The notes under the pieces were generated by a model. The model saw only the letters and a list, made by a program, of their open reading frames with translations, was not told where the DNA came from and did not search any database. Shown here one piece after another: positions 13,817-26,087 of a DNA stretch of 64,000 nt. Each line of letters begins with the position of its first letter. Positions within the stretch are counted from its first letter, which is position 1. A program made the translations under genes and the position numbers. Source of the stretch: Octopus sinensis (Eukaryota). The stretch spans positions 137,640,001 through 137,704,000 of the forward strand of contig NC_042997.1 in NCBI RefSeq assembly GCF_006345805.1. The letters are read 5' to 3'.

Positions 13817-14136
13817 GGCACACAGCTTAGTGGTTGGGGTATTTGGCTCACAATCATAAGGTTGTGAGTTCAATTCCCAGCAGTGTGTTGTGTTTTTGAG
13901 CAAGACACTTTATTTCACATTGCTCCATTTCACTCAGCTGGCAAAAATGAGTAGTACCTGTATTTCAAAGGGCCAGCCTTGTCACATTCTGTGTCACATC
14001 AAATCTCCCTGAGAACTACATTAAGGATACATATGTCTGTTGAGTGCTTGACCATTTGCATGTTAATTTCATGAGCAGGCTGTTCCATTGATCAGATTAG
14101 CTGGAGCCCTCATTGTCATAACTGATGGAGTGCCAG
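13817..14136 (+). mobile_element. tRNA-derived SINE family C
   Basis: GCTTAGTGGTT (A box) ... GAGTTCAATTCC (B box) followed by the TTGAGCAAGACACTTTATTTCACATTGCTCC core. Confidence 0.75.
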
Positions 14137-14280
14137 TTAGTCATAACCTGAAACTATAGCATATAGAGACAAGCTGAGAGTAAATCCTTATTGAACATCT
14201 AGCTGTACACTAAATTTGTCACTGAATTTAATACCAATTTCAACCTTGCTTACAATACACTTGTACATAGATTAAACCAG

Positions 14281-14500
14281 TTTAACTCTTTAGCATTTAA
14301 ACTGGCCATATCCAGCCAAAATATTCTACTTGTTTATTCCTCAAACTGGCCAAATCTGGTCTCTTACACCTACCCTACAATGTAATTATAAAAATAAGCA
14401 ATCAAATCATTGAAATCTCAAAGCTACATGATAATGCATAATTAATTCAAAAGAATGTGATTAAATAAACATTGCGTTTCACAGAATAAGCTGAATGTTA
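14281..14500. mobile_element. piggyBac-like MITE, right end truncated
   Basis: Starts TTAA|CTCTTTTAGCATT and ends ...CTGAATGTTAAG; lies inside a ~110-bp tandem duplication. Confidence 0.4.
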
Positions 14501-15336
14501 AGCCACTCATATATTCTTAACTCTACCTGCACACTAAATTTGTCACTGAATTTAATGCCAATTTTGGCCTTGCTTACAATACTCATGTACATATATTAAA
14601 CCAGTTTAATGAGGTACTCATATATTCTTAACCCTTTTGGTCCCTATTAGCTTGAGTGTGCAAATGACAGGGAAAAATTAACTAGGGAGCTCATCTGCAA
14701 TCTTTTGCCTATCTTGTGAGGAAATTTATGTTACCCTCAAGGAGTATAAAACTACATAGGGTGTGCATTTATTTTCCAGTTTAATGGTGCTGTTGATGAT
14801 ACAATTGATGTAAATTGTTTTCTAAGCAGAAAAAAACAAAACAAGGATGGTTTTAAAAGATGAATGTCTGAATGTGATAAAGACTAAATAGACACTCTTA
14901 GATTCAGTTCCCTCAGACATTATGACGTATTCTTTTCTTGCATAAAAATGAAAATTCCATCACAGATAGAATGAAAAAAAGAACAAGAAAAAATAAAACT
15001 GAATAATAAACACAAAAGGAAAATGTATAAGAAGAAAATCTGTAGTAGAACAAAACAAAAAAACAAATTAAAATGAAGTAAAAAGCAAGATAGACAAAAG
15101 AAAGATATATTTCATCATGTTTCATTTAATTATTCCCTTTGGCAGAACATGACTCAAAGCTTCAGTCTATTAATATGAAGTAATGAAAATGTAGATCATG
15201 TGTGTGCGTGCATGCACACACATATTATATATATGTGTGTGTGTGTGTGTGTTTATATTTATTTATAGATATTAATGTATATGTATGTAAATAGATGTTT
15301 GTATATGTACATATATTTACCCCCCCTCTCTCTCTA

Positions 15337-15369
<33 letters not shown>

Positions 15370-16099
15370 GTATATATATATACATACATACATACATACA
15401 TGTATACACAATATGTGATGCACTGTTAATAATAAGAAACAATTAAACAAATTTTCACTGTTCTTGCTCTGAGTTTGCATTACTGCTTTTAGATACGATT
15501 CAAGTGTCGAATAATGGAAACACGAAACTTACCATGCCAATGTGTAAAATCACAGTTTTAATGGCTGTTGCCTGAATGTTGGATGATTATATATGTATTT
15601 TTTATTTACATTTTATTGACATTTTTAACACTTTCTTCCATTATCGGATTTATCAAAATATTGTTTAAAGTTAGATTTCTTGGTCTTTTTATATGTAAAG
15701 AATTTTGTGGGGTTTGCCAAGCAAGGGAGAAGAAGAAAAAATTTTTTTGAGAAGGGGAGAGAGGTAAAGAGGTGTGACTTTTGTATTGATATGGTCAGGC
15801 TTGTTCGTGTAGTACTTAGTAACCTTTTAAGGTGGGGTAGGAAAAAGAATTTTTGTATTTGAATTGGTCAAAGTTTTAATTGAAAAATCAGATGTTGATT
15901 TTGACTTACTTCAGTGAAAATTATAATTGCATTTCCAGGTCTTGTTCTTTTGTATTCATTAGTTGTATGGCTGCATTAGTTGTATGGATGTGGTCGACCT
16001 TTTTTGATTGAAATTCTAAATATTTTCAAAAGAGTGATTTTTTAGTCCACTATATACTCACACAGCAATCGTTAGCCACTACACACATTTTTTTTCTCA

Positions 16100-16250
16100 C
16101 CTTGTTTATTCTGTGTACTTTTCTGTAGAAGAGTGTAGGCTCGAAATGTAAAAGACTTTTTCTATTCCTGAGCGCTATACTAATACATCTGTTTGTTTTG
16201 TACACCACCTGTCTTCGTCTTTTGTTTATTTTCATAAACTTTCCCTTTAT
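16100..16250 (+). repeat. PLE terminal-repeat (pLTR)-like fragment with variant HHR motif
   Basis: CTGTAGA-A-GAG-TGTAGG-CTC-GAAAT-GTA-AAAG; the downstream part recurs inverted at 24121-24215. Confidence 0.55.
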
Positions 16251-16589
16251 ATATACATACACACACACACACACACACACATACATATATATAAAACACA
16301 CACTCAAAGACATCTGTATATGAACATGTTCGTATTTGTGCACACATACATAAGTACACATTATGATTAAAAAAAAAAAAATTACTATAATTAAAGATTC
16401 ATCTCTGTGGTTAAATAAATTAGGAAGGTTTTGGTCATTTTAGTCATTACTCTTGATTTTTGTCTGATCTTTATCCTTCAGACTGCAAAATGGAATTTTG
16501 ATAAAAAGCAATACACAATGCTGTCACAATTATATTTCCAAATTTATCTATTTCTGGTTGGCTGTTTTGTTTTGAATATATTTTCAAGC

Positions 16590-16960
16590 TCCAACCTAGA
16601 ATTTTCTAAAGGAGAAAGTGAGCCAAGTACAGAAGAGGGAAAGCAGCTGTTCTTATAGACATATTCCTTGGAGCAGAAGTGGCGTCTCCTGGAAATGATA
16701 TTGTATGGTTTCACATGCCTTACTATGGACCAAGTTATACTGTACTTAATTTTATCCTCCTTCAGTCGCCATACAGTATTGGCCAAAGATGTTGAATGTC
16801 TCTTATTGATTGTCTTAAAGCTGGTGACATGGTTACGATAACGATTCTTAAATGAATGTAAACATATGGCCTCCCCATGTTTGCACGGTACATTTATATA
16901 CAAGATTTATACTCATACAGAGTACAATGGGCATTTTGATTTTTCTCTGCATGAACATTT
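16590..16960 (-). pseudogene. Penelope-like element GIY-YIG endonuclease remnant (Naiad-like)
   Basis: CSCREKSKCPL..LVYKCTV, FKNRYRNHVTSFK..HSTSLANTVWRLKEDKIKYSITWSIVRHVKPYN..RR.FCSKE. Confidence 0.85.
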
Positions 16961-17299
16961 ATCATACTTATTTATCATACAACAGAGACTGTTGTGTGGA
17001 GTTGTTTCTATTTATCACCCAATGAGACACATCTGCACTGCTGGATCCTCCTGAACCAGTTGTTGAGTATCCTACCAATGTGGGATCAATGTTAGATGAG
17101 TCCAAACAATTGTCGTAATTAATAATAAATTCTTGTATATTCCATCTTCCATATACATAATGGTCAGTGTGAAAATGACTGTGCTTTACCAGTAATCTAC
17201 CAGGTGTAAACCATTTGTTTTATTATCCAATATATATATCATCAACACTATATTCAGGTTATAACATATAACAGGTCAAACTATGAAAACAAAGAACAA

Positions 17300-17680
17300 A
17301 AACCCAAAAGTTTTGTCTACAAGGCAGATGTGGTGTTGACAAGCATCAAAAGATGCCACACATACATAAATTCATCAGGGTAAAAGAGGACACTTAAAAG
17401 CTAGCAGAACAGCTACAAGTTCTCTTTTAGAATCCAGGAAGACATAATGCTATGACTTTAGTCAGTTGTATATGGTAATAGTGTATGACATGAGTTGTAG
17501 TCTGCTGGAAAAATCCAGGCTGCATCTCAATGGCAATAGAAGATGCAGGCTCTTCTTGGTGGAGAAAAGGATCATTTTTAAGAACTCACATGATCCAAGT
17601 CCTTTCCTGAACTGAAAAAACGGAAGTTTTGTATGATGTCCTATGGAGCATGCATTGACTTTGGAGAATTTACTAACATT
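17300..17680 (+). pseudogene. Second PLE GIY-YIG remnant
   Basis: FVYKADV...SFR...LVSCIW...NGNRRCRLFLVEKRIIF...FLN; heavily decayed. Confidence 0.65.
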
Positions 17681-18224
17681 GTTAAGTCTAAGTTTGCACT
17701 AGGAAATGATATACACTTCACCTATGGTTACTCCCATATCCTGTGCTATATATGGTACAACCCTTTTTGGGGTTCTCCAGCCCTCTCATGTTTTGCCTTC
17801 ATCATTCATTATCATGTTCATTTTCATTATTTCTATTATCATTGTTACCATCCTGTGATTTTAACATATCTTTCAAAACTATGGGTTTTCATTTCCTCTG
17901 TTTTCACAGCTTGACATTTAACCTCAATCCATGGGAAATATCTCTTCCTACATTCTTTCTGTTTTTGCATTAAATTTTTACCAAATTTTTATTCCACTAA
18001 AAAATATATACCTAAAACATTTTTTTCATGTAAGCATTGTAGTAACAGACTAAATGACTTTATTGACCTCTTGATATTAAATCCAAGTTTTTGTTCTTTA
18101 CTGACTTAGTAGTCTACTGTTGCTGCATAATTACAGTCCACAAGAGACTATCAGAATCAGAAAACCAACACTTATTATTTAAAGCATTTGTACATTCAGT
18201 TACTACAGATACCAATTGATACAG

Positions 18225-18660
18225 AGTTGACTTCCTGGATGTCATTCTAAATCTTTCTGCTTCACTTAGACAATCATTTATCAAAATCAAAGAATCTAAA
18301 AACTAGATTCACAAACTGTTTACCCACTCCTGACATATAATTAATAATTCAGTTAAGAATATTTTTATAGAATCTCAAGCCTTTCTGTCAATAATCTAAT
18401 TTTTAATGAAGCTGCACCTCACTACAATGAAGCACTTGCTAGGAATATCTTTAAAGAGAATATAATCTACATTAAACCTACCAAATATAACTCTATTACA
18501 TATATTACTTGTACAAACAATAAAGATAGAATCAGGAACATCGCGTTGTAATCCTAAGGCAAGTTCCTTTCCCACTAAGTTAGAAAACACTTTTACCTAT
18601 AGTGCAGATAGTACACTTTTACCTATAGCATAGATATTTAAATAGAATACCATAAGCTTA
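18225..18660 (+). pseudogene. PLE reverse-transcriptase thumb/linker remnant
   Basis: VDFLDVILNLS...RISSLSVNNLIFNEAAPHYNEALA resembles the PLE RT C-terminus (VNFLDVTLNL...IFNxAAPxYNxAL). Confidence 0.75.
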
Positions 18661-20156
18661 TTTACTCAACTTTCACAAATTCAAAAAAAGAAACTGTAAT
18701 TATATACATCTTAATCCTTGCCTTTAGATTCTAGATGTCAGGATAGTTATATAACTTACCAATAGAATGGTACTACTAATAAATCATTATACACATACAT
18801 AAGATTAACTTCTACCACATTCAAATTGTGCTATATGAACTACATGTACACTTTCAGAAATCATTCTAAGAAAAGAAACTTTACTCTCTTATTTTATTTG
18901 GGAGTTAAAAGTGAAGAATATTCAATACTCATTCAAATGGAACATATTATCTAGAATTAAGTCATGCTGGTAATAAGAGGACCATGTAATTTATGCATTA
19001 TAGAAACTATAATCATCTTATTTCAAAAAGGTAATATCCTATATATAAATACATGAAAAGAAGTTGTCCGGGAACCATATGTTCTTACAAATTTATCTCT
19101 ACTATAAAGCTTGCACATTGTCATACAAGTGACCAGACGTGTATATGAACTCATTACATTCTATCTACTGCATTTTCAAACTGTGCTATTAATTCATGGA
19201 AGTCAAAATCCAGTTCTTCTACATATTTTACCTGATGTATATTTTTAAAGTTTGTAGCATCTAATTTATTTACATTTTTCTCTCTCTCTGTCATTATGTA
19301 TGTGTGTGTATGTGTGAGAGAGACTGTGCATGTTTATATGTACACACACATGTGTATGTGTGTGTGTGTGTATGTATATATGTGTGTGTATGTGTGTATG
19401 TATGTATATATGTATGCATGCATAAATATATATATATGATTGTATGTGTCCTGATTGCCCTGAGAATTAATAGGAATATAAAGACCATACATGCATCAGT
19501 TTCACTAAGTGTCCCATTAAGCAAAATAAATAATAGTGTTTATATTTATGCTGTGGCATTTATAATTTCAAACTACATCGGTCTTCAGTCTTACAGCTGC
19601 ATGCATATATATATATATATATATATATCTTATAAATTTGAGTGATGTTTCTCTGTCCATTACATTCTTTTCTGTTCGTTAACTCCTCCAAGACCATTGG
19701 TGCAAGGACAATGAAACTCAAACCAGCAACTCCCCTAATCCCAGGGAATGTCTAAGGGGGTCTATTTTTTTAAGGTCCACCTAAATGGGGCCCCACCAAA
19801 TCCCTATTTTTACTGCATTTCAAACTAAATACATGGCATTGGCAACCAAATCAGAGCAATACCAATGCATTTCATACCATGAACTCCCAAGGAGTATCAT
19901 AACGATGTTCAATTTCTGCAGGGCCACTAATATGGGGCCCCCACTGACACACCTATTTTTACTGCATTTACCTTGCTCCTACACTTATTTATTAAACTAT
20001 AATCAGCATCAGTGCGCAGCACATTTGCAGAAATAAGTTTGGGCATTCTAAATACCTTCACGTACATTCAAATCAAGATAAAGATTTATATCAGGTATGT
20101 TTCAAGTGTGGTAGTGTGGATATTTATATTTTGTAGTTTATAAAACTTATGTCTAG

Positions 20157-20225
<69 letters not shown>

Positions 20226-20390
20226 TGAATTATCTATAACCTTATGTATATGTAATATTTATATATATATATATATATATTAATGAATTATCTATAACCT
20301 ATGTATATGTATATATATATATATATATAATATATATATATATATTATATATATATATATATAATATATATATGTATATGTATATTTATA

Positions 20391-20453
<63 letters not shown>

Positions 20454-20516
20454 TATTCAAATGTGTGTGTATTTTGTTTCATATTTATATTTATATTTTT
20501 ATGATTGTACTTTATA

Positions 20517-20640
20517 ATCTCTGACGAGGCCTTGAGATATATATAAGTACCTCATTTTCAACTGCCTATTACCTCAATACATTTGACTAATATAGGCAGA
20601 ATGAGATGCTTTTATCTATGGGCTGAAACAGCTGTAAGGA
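20517..20640 (+). ncRNA. Type I minimal hammerhead ribozyme motif with long stem II
   Basis: TCT-CTGACGA-GGCC...(inner hairpin CTCATT/AATGAG, CTGCCTA/TAGGCAG)...GGCT-GAAAC-AGCT-GTA-AGG; palindromic stem III ACAGCTGT. Confidence 0.75.
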
Positions 20641-20976
20641 GCAGTTTATCTGTATTATTCTTATGGTATTATTAATTTGCATATTGATGTATATTGTTTT
20701 GTTCGATTTTCATGCTCGTATTTATATAATTAATAAATAATATGAAATGGTAATATCTGTAAGTTGATGATTGAAATTAATTTGTTCCTCCATTTTCTTA
20801 TTTGTATTATGAATTTACGGTAAAATATTTTACCTTCACCCATCCAATACAATAAATGAATTAATTGCATTGCAATTATAAGCATTTATGTATTTAGTTT
20901 TTGGATGCTTCACCAGCAGTATATTGGATAACTGATATCCCATAGTGGGTTACCCTCATAACCCCTATCTTACTTT

Positions 20977-21019
<43 letters not shown>

Positions 21020-21524
21020 ACTAACAAAAAGATACTTAATAGAATTTCTGAAAGACTATCGAGATGCCTACACGCATATAAATGTACTTTTGCACAATGC
21101 AGTGAGAATGAATTTTGAGTAACCGTTAAATTAGTGTAATTTTATTTTATTTTACCTTAAGGTATGGTTGACTTAAATTTACTTTAATCCTTCTAAACAC
21201 CTACTAAATATCTTACTCACTTTGTTATCATGAGTGCACCTAACCTGATGTTTACGTATGCTTACATTTTGCTAATGCTTGTATGAGCGTGTGTACTCAT
21301 GCCATGCAGCTTGCCCGAGGGTGTTTATACATGCATATCTGTTAATGGTTATTTTCAATATTATTCTCGCTGGATTAAGTGTTCGTTTCTCTTTTTCTCA
21401 CCTGCAATTTTATTTTTGGATCTCCAATATATGAAGAATTCTCCTCCACCGGGCTGTTTTTCTCTCTACAAAATGGAAAGTTGCATTATGGAACAGTCAT
21501 TTTAATGAGTTTTTTCATTTATTT

Positions 21525-21607
21525 ATCACCTGACGAGATACATCTGCACCACCAGATACTCCTGAAGTGGGAGTTGGTGCTAGATGTGTTGAAACAATTG
21601 TTGTGAT
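21525..21607 (+). ncRNA. Type I minimal hammerhead ribozyme, intact core
   Basis: Stem I ATCAC/GTGAT, CTGACGA, stem II GATACATCT-GCACCA/TGGTGC-T-AGATGTGTT, GAAAC-AATT-GTT (GUU cleavage triplet). Confidence 0.88.
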
Positions 21608-21657
21608 TAATAATATATTCTCATATATTCCATCTTCTGTCTTTTATTTATTATATG

Positions 21658-21702
<45 letters not shown>

Positions 21703-21800
21703 TAAAAACGGTAAAATGACAAAAGAAAGAGACCTCAATATTATGTAAATAGAGGAATTTATCTGTAAATATAATATGTGACAATTATTCGGTAGCCAAG

Positions 21801-21859
21801 ATAAAACTCTGAGTTTCAGATGCCGAGTTGGAAATCCACACCACCATCTCTTCAGTTAT
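21801..21859 (-). ncRNA. Type I hammerhead motif (left arm)
   Basis: Reverse complement reads ATAA-CTGAAGA-GATG...CATC-T-GAAAC-TCAGA-GTT-TTAT. Confidence 0.8.
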
Positions 21860-22028
21860 CTGGCCATCGGAAAAACCTGCAATAGGCATCCATATTGAAT
21901 TCTTCGGTGTGGTAGAGTCCTCAACCTATGTCAGGCAATTATCTAAAATAAGTTGTATTAGCTCTTAGTGAAGAATAGCGGTGTTCAGGAGGTAATTTAT
22001 TGGTAAAAACGGTTTTTCCGATGGCCGG

Positions 22029-22087
22029 ATAACTGAAGAGATGGTGGTGTGGATTTTCACCTCGGCATCTGAAACTCAGAGTTTTAT
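22029..22087 (+). ncRNA. Type I hammerhead motif (right arm)
   Basis: ATAA-CTGAAGA-GATG..GGTG..CACC..CATC-T-GAAAC-TCAGA-GTT-TTAT. Confidence 0.8.
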
Positions 22088-22587
22088 CTTGGCTACCGAA
22101 TAATTGTCACATTTTATATGTACAGATATATATATATATATACTTGCAGCTAAGTCAGGTTTCACCCAGTTGGTTTGGATGATGTGATTGTAAGACCTGC
22201 TCTCTGTAAGCATTTGACTTGTGTGGGCACGATTACATTAAAAACAATTTTTGAATCCCTTTTTTCTCTCAATACACTATAAAGAAAGAAAAAAAACAAC
22301 CAAGATTCAACCAAATCAAAAAATAGACTGAAACACTAAGTGAACAAAGATGAACCCCACTTCCATTGTGCAACACACACACACACACACACACACAGGC
22401 ACACACACAGGCACACACACACAGGCACACACACACAGGCACACACACACACACAGGCACACACACACAGGCCACACACACACACACACATTCACATACC
22501 CCCCTTTTACATACACACATATTTACACATGGTTGAAATGCAGTTTGATTTTTTCATCGTACAATTTTCATCATCCCACCACCAAAT

Positions 22588-22813
22588 ATGATATCATTCC
22601 TTCCTTCCTTATTCATCTATCACCCCTTCCTTTCTCATTCATAAACACAAGAGTATTATTATTGTAGATTATCTTGGAAATGTGGGAGCTATGAAAAAAT
22701 ATGACATCACCCCTTCCTTCCTTATTCATCTATCACCTCTTCATTTCTTATTCATAAACACAAGAGTATTATTATACTAGATTATCTTGGTAACCATGGG
22801 AACTATAAAAAAA
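22588..22813 (+). repeat. 113-bp tandem duplication
   Basis: ATGATATCATTCCTTCC...ATGAAAAAAT followed by ATGACATCACCCCTTCC...ATAAAAAAAAT. Confidence 0.9.
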
Positions 22814-23167
22814 ATAAAAAGCCCAGTATCACCACCAGATCATTCTACACATCTGTGAAGTTTTTCACCTATGAGTGGATTTGGTAGATGGAAATGTATA
22901 TATATATGTGTGTGTGTGTATATGTTTGTGTTTCTGTGTTTGTCCCTCCAACATCACTTGACAACTGATACTGGTGTGTTTACGTCCCCGTAACCTAGGT
23001 GTTTGGCAAAAGAGACCGATAGAATAAGTACTAGGCTTACAAAGAATAAGTCCTAGGGTCGATTTGCTCGACTAAAGGCGGTAATCCAGCATGGCCACAG
23101 TCAAATGACTGAAACAAGGAAAAGAGTAAAAGATTATATGTATACATATATATATGTATTATATATA

Positions 23168-23212
<45 letters not shown>

Positions 23213-23230
23213 ATATATATATACGTATGC

Positions 23231-23262
<32 letters not shown>

Positions 23263-23387
23263 TATACGTATGCATATATGTATATATATATATGTATACA
23301 TATATGTATATGTATAGATACATATATCTAAATATATAGATATATATCTACATATATATATCAATATATATTATATATGTACTAAGA

Positions 23388-23674
23388 TTTTGCGTAATGA
23401 GATAAACAACCAAGGCTGTATAGATATCAGAACATTTATAGATAGTTTCTAGGATATTAATTAATAATACCCCTTCATTGGAGACGGTGTGAGAGGAAAA
23501 ATTATTTCATAGTTTTGATGTGATACAAATAGAGAGTGAGACTTAATTTTTCCTCTCACACCGTCTCTGATGAAGGGATATTATTAATCAATATCCTAGA
23601 ACAGCTGTAAGACCTTCTATCTATAAATGCTCTAATATCTATACAGCCTTGGTTGTTTATCTCATTCCGCAAAA
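23388..23674. repeat. Inverted pLTR pair carrying damaged hammerheads
   Basis: Arms 23388-23504 and 23544-23674. The + copy reads GTCT-CTGATGA-A-GGGATATT/AATATCCT-A-GAAC-AGCT-GTA-AGAC (one A lost); the - copy has CCAATGA and a deletion after GAAAC. Confidence 0.85.
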
Positions 23675-23790
23675 AATTCGTATATATACATGCTGACATA
23701 GAACCAACGTTGAACCCTTTATTCACAATATTACCGAATCTGGAACTTAACTATGGTCTGTCTATAGCACTTATTCAGCATTACCTGACA

Positions 23791-23852
23791 CATTTGGGTC
23801 TCAATGACATTTGGGTCTCAATGACATTTGGGTCTCAATGACATTTGGGTCT
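23791..23852 (+). repeat. 17-bp minisatellite x3.6
   Basis: CATTTGGGTCTCAATGA repeated head-to-tail with no spacers. Confidence 0.95.
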
Positions 23853-23955
23853 TATAACTTCAATTTATATATTATATATGTATATATATGGGTATATATA
23901 TATATATATATATATGTATACATATATATATGTATACATATATGTATACGTATAC

Positions 23956-23987
<32 letters not shown>

Positions 23988-24045
23988 CTACATATATATA
24001 TCAATATATATATATATGTACATATAAATATGTATACATATATAT

Positions 24046-24120
<75 letters not shown>

Positions 24121-24753
24121 GGGAAGCTTTATGAAAATAAACAAAAGACGAAGGCAGGTGGAAAAACAACGAACAATTGTATTAGTATGGCGCTCAGGAA
24201 ATATAAATAAAACAAGTCTTTATATATATTTATATATGTATGTATACATACATATATATATCTATATATATGTATATACACACACACACACACACACATA
24301 TATGTATATATATATATATATAAATAAATGTATATCTACTTCAGCAGTTCCCGTCCTACCCACGGATTACACTGGACTCTTCCTTTGATGAGAAAAAGCT
24401 CCAGTACACCAAGACGTTTGAACCTCTTGAACTTTTCTAAACTTTTTTATACTTTCTGCTTTTTCTTATTGTCGTTTCTTTGAATCCACACTTGTTACCT
24501 TACCTATCTCTCCCTTTCTCTTCTTCCTTTCCACTTTGTCTTTGTTTCTTCCTTCTTCCTCCTTCTTTTTCTGCCTGTTTTTATTTTTTCTTCTCCTCTT
24601 CTTGTATTTTTTTCTCCTTACAGCTTTTGTATTTTTTCTCCCCACATGTTTTGAATTTTTCCTCCTCACGTCTTTATTGCCCTCTATCTTCCCACTCTTT
24701 TTTCCTTTTTTCTTTTTTCTCCTTTCTCTCTCTTTTCTTCTCGTTTTTCAGTC

Positions 24754-25711
24754 ATGTCCGATTACAAACCTTTCCTCCTCCACCTTCACCACCACCTAGA
24801 AAAACACCTTTCCACATTTACTTTCCACTGTTTTCAACCTTCTATTAACCTTTCCCTACTAATTTTCAAAACAACACTCTTCTGCAGTCACCTTTTGTTT
24901 CTCAGTTACTGCCTTCATCACTGCCTCATCCCTAAATGTTTCTGTCTCCTTTTCCACTCCACTCTGCTTCAACCATCCTACCCATAATCCACGCTACATC
25001 CTACCATCTTATGCACGCCACCATTCGTTCTAATCGCTCCAAAATACACTGGCTTTTTCCATCTTCTCCTCTTAGGTGCTCTCCCTTGCTAACACTACTT
25101 TACATTACATAATTCATTTAAATCATCTCTTTCATCAATTTCTCGCTCACACCAAACAATGTAAACTCCACTCAGTCCTCCATTCCATCACACCCGATGC
25201 CACTACTGCAACTCCTTCCACACCCCTCTCCCCTGATATGCTCCCTCCACCCTCACCAACTCCCATTCCTCCCAACCCTCACCCACATACGCCTCATTCC
25301 CTCTCTCCCAGCCTTCCACATACTCCTCATCCCCTCCCTTCCAGCCTTCCACCCCACCACCCCTCCTACTTCTGTCCCATCCACCTTTCTTCACTTCATT
25401 CTGTTGTTACCATTCCTCCAGATCTTCCCCTCTCTGAGGCAGAGTGCTCCCTCCTCAGTAGGGGTCTGCACATCATAACCCTCACTCCATCCAGCAATGA
25501 ATTTTGGACTTGTGCTGATATCCACAGCTTTGTGCACAATGTTAGGTTGTGTGCGCTTTTCTGTGACACTCCACCTGCATCTAATGAGGAGGTCTGCTTT
25601 ACTGACCTGGGCTGCCACCAATCCCAGTGGACACTAGCTCCTGGCCAGTTCCAAGCAGTCAATCTTTTTGCGGATGCCTGCCATCGCGCTGTGAACCGGT
25701 TTAACTTTTGA
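24754..25711 (+). pseudogene. PLE ORF N-terminal region (Neptune-like), truncated before the RT core
   Basis: LLIFKTTLFCSHLLFLSYCLHHCLIPKCF (cf. SHxxFLxxCLxxxLIPKGF); Pro-rich linker; VVTIPPDLPLSEAECSLLSRGL...NEF...VRLCALF...SQWTLAPGQF..VNLF. Confidence 0.8.
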
Positions 25712-25741
25712 CGACAAAAAACAGTCCTCCATACTCTACCA

Positions 25742-25850
25742 ACATACAAAGGACCAACATGGAGGTAACCTGGATCAACTTGACATCCACATCTTATCCA
25801 TGCACCCAAAAGACCTAACACTGAGACAAATATGGGATTACATGAAACTT
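25742..25850 (+). pseudogene. PLE GIY-YIG C-terminal fragment
   Basis: QSSILYQHTKDQHGGNLDQLDIHILSMHPKDLTLRQI resembles the HxxxxH...LRQIxEA end of PLE endonucleases. Confidence 0.55.
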
Positions 25851-26087
25851 CTCATATACTAAATGGGAAATATACATAGTAGATATCATACACCCATACC
25901 CACAGTTTACACAGATAGAGTAGAATAGTTAGTGGGCTGTTATGTAAACAGATGTATGTGTGTGTGTGTGTGTGTATGTATATACATATATATATATATA
26001 TATATAATAATATTAGGGAGTAAATCCAAACTTACAGGGAAAAATTAGATTTAGGATTAAATCTAATTTTATAGTATAAATATATAT

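Larger units (their letters stand above)
21776..22112. repeat. Inverted pLTR pair (102-bp arms, 133-bp spacer)
   Basis: Arms 21776-21877 and 22011-22112, about 3 mismatches. Confidence 0.95.

Noticed and set aside
17090-17120. AGATGAGTCCAAACAATTGTC HHR-like motif
   Set aside because: Only the palindromic stem III matches; the core is altered and stems I and II are missing.
23791-23852. CRISPR-like array
   Set aside because: The 17-bp units are contiguous with no unique spacers, the context is eukaryotic, and there are no cas genes.
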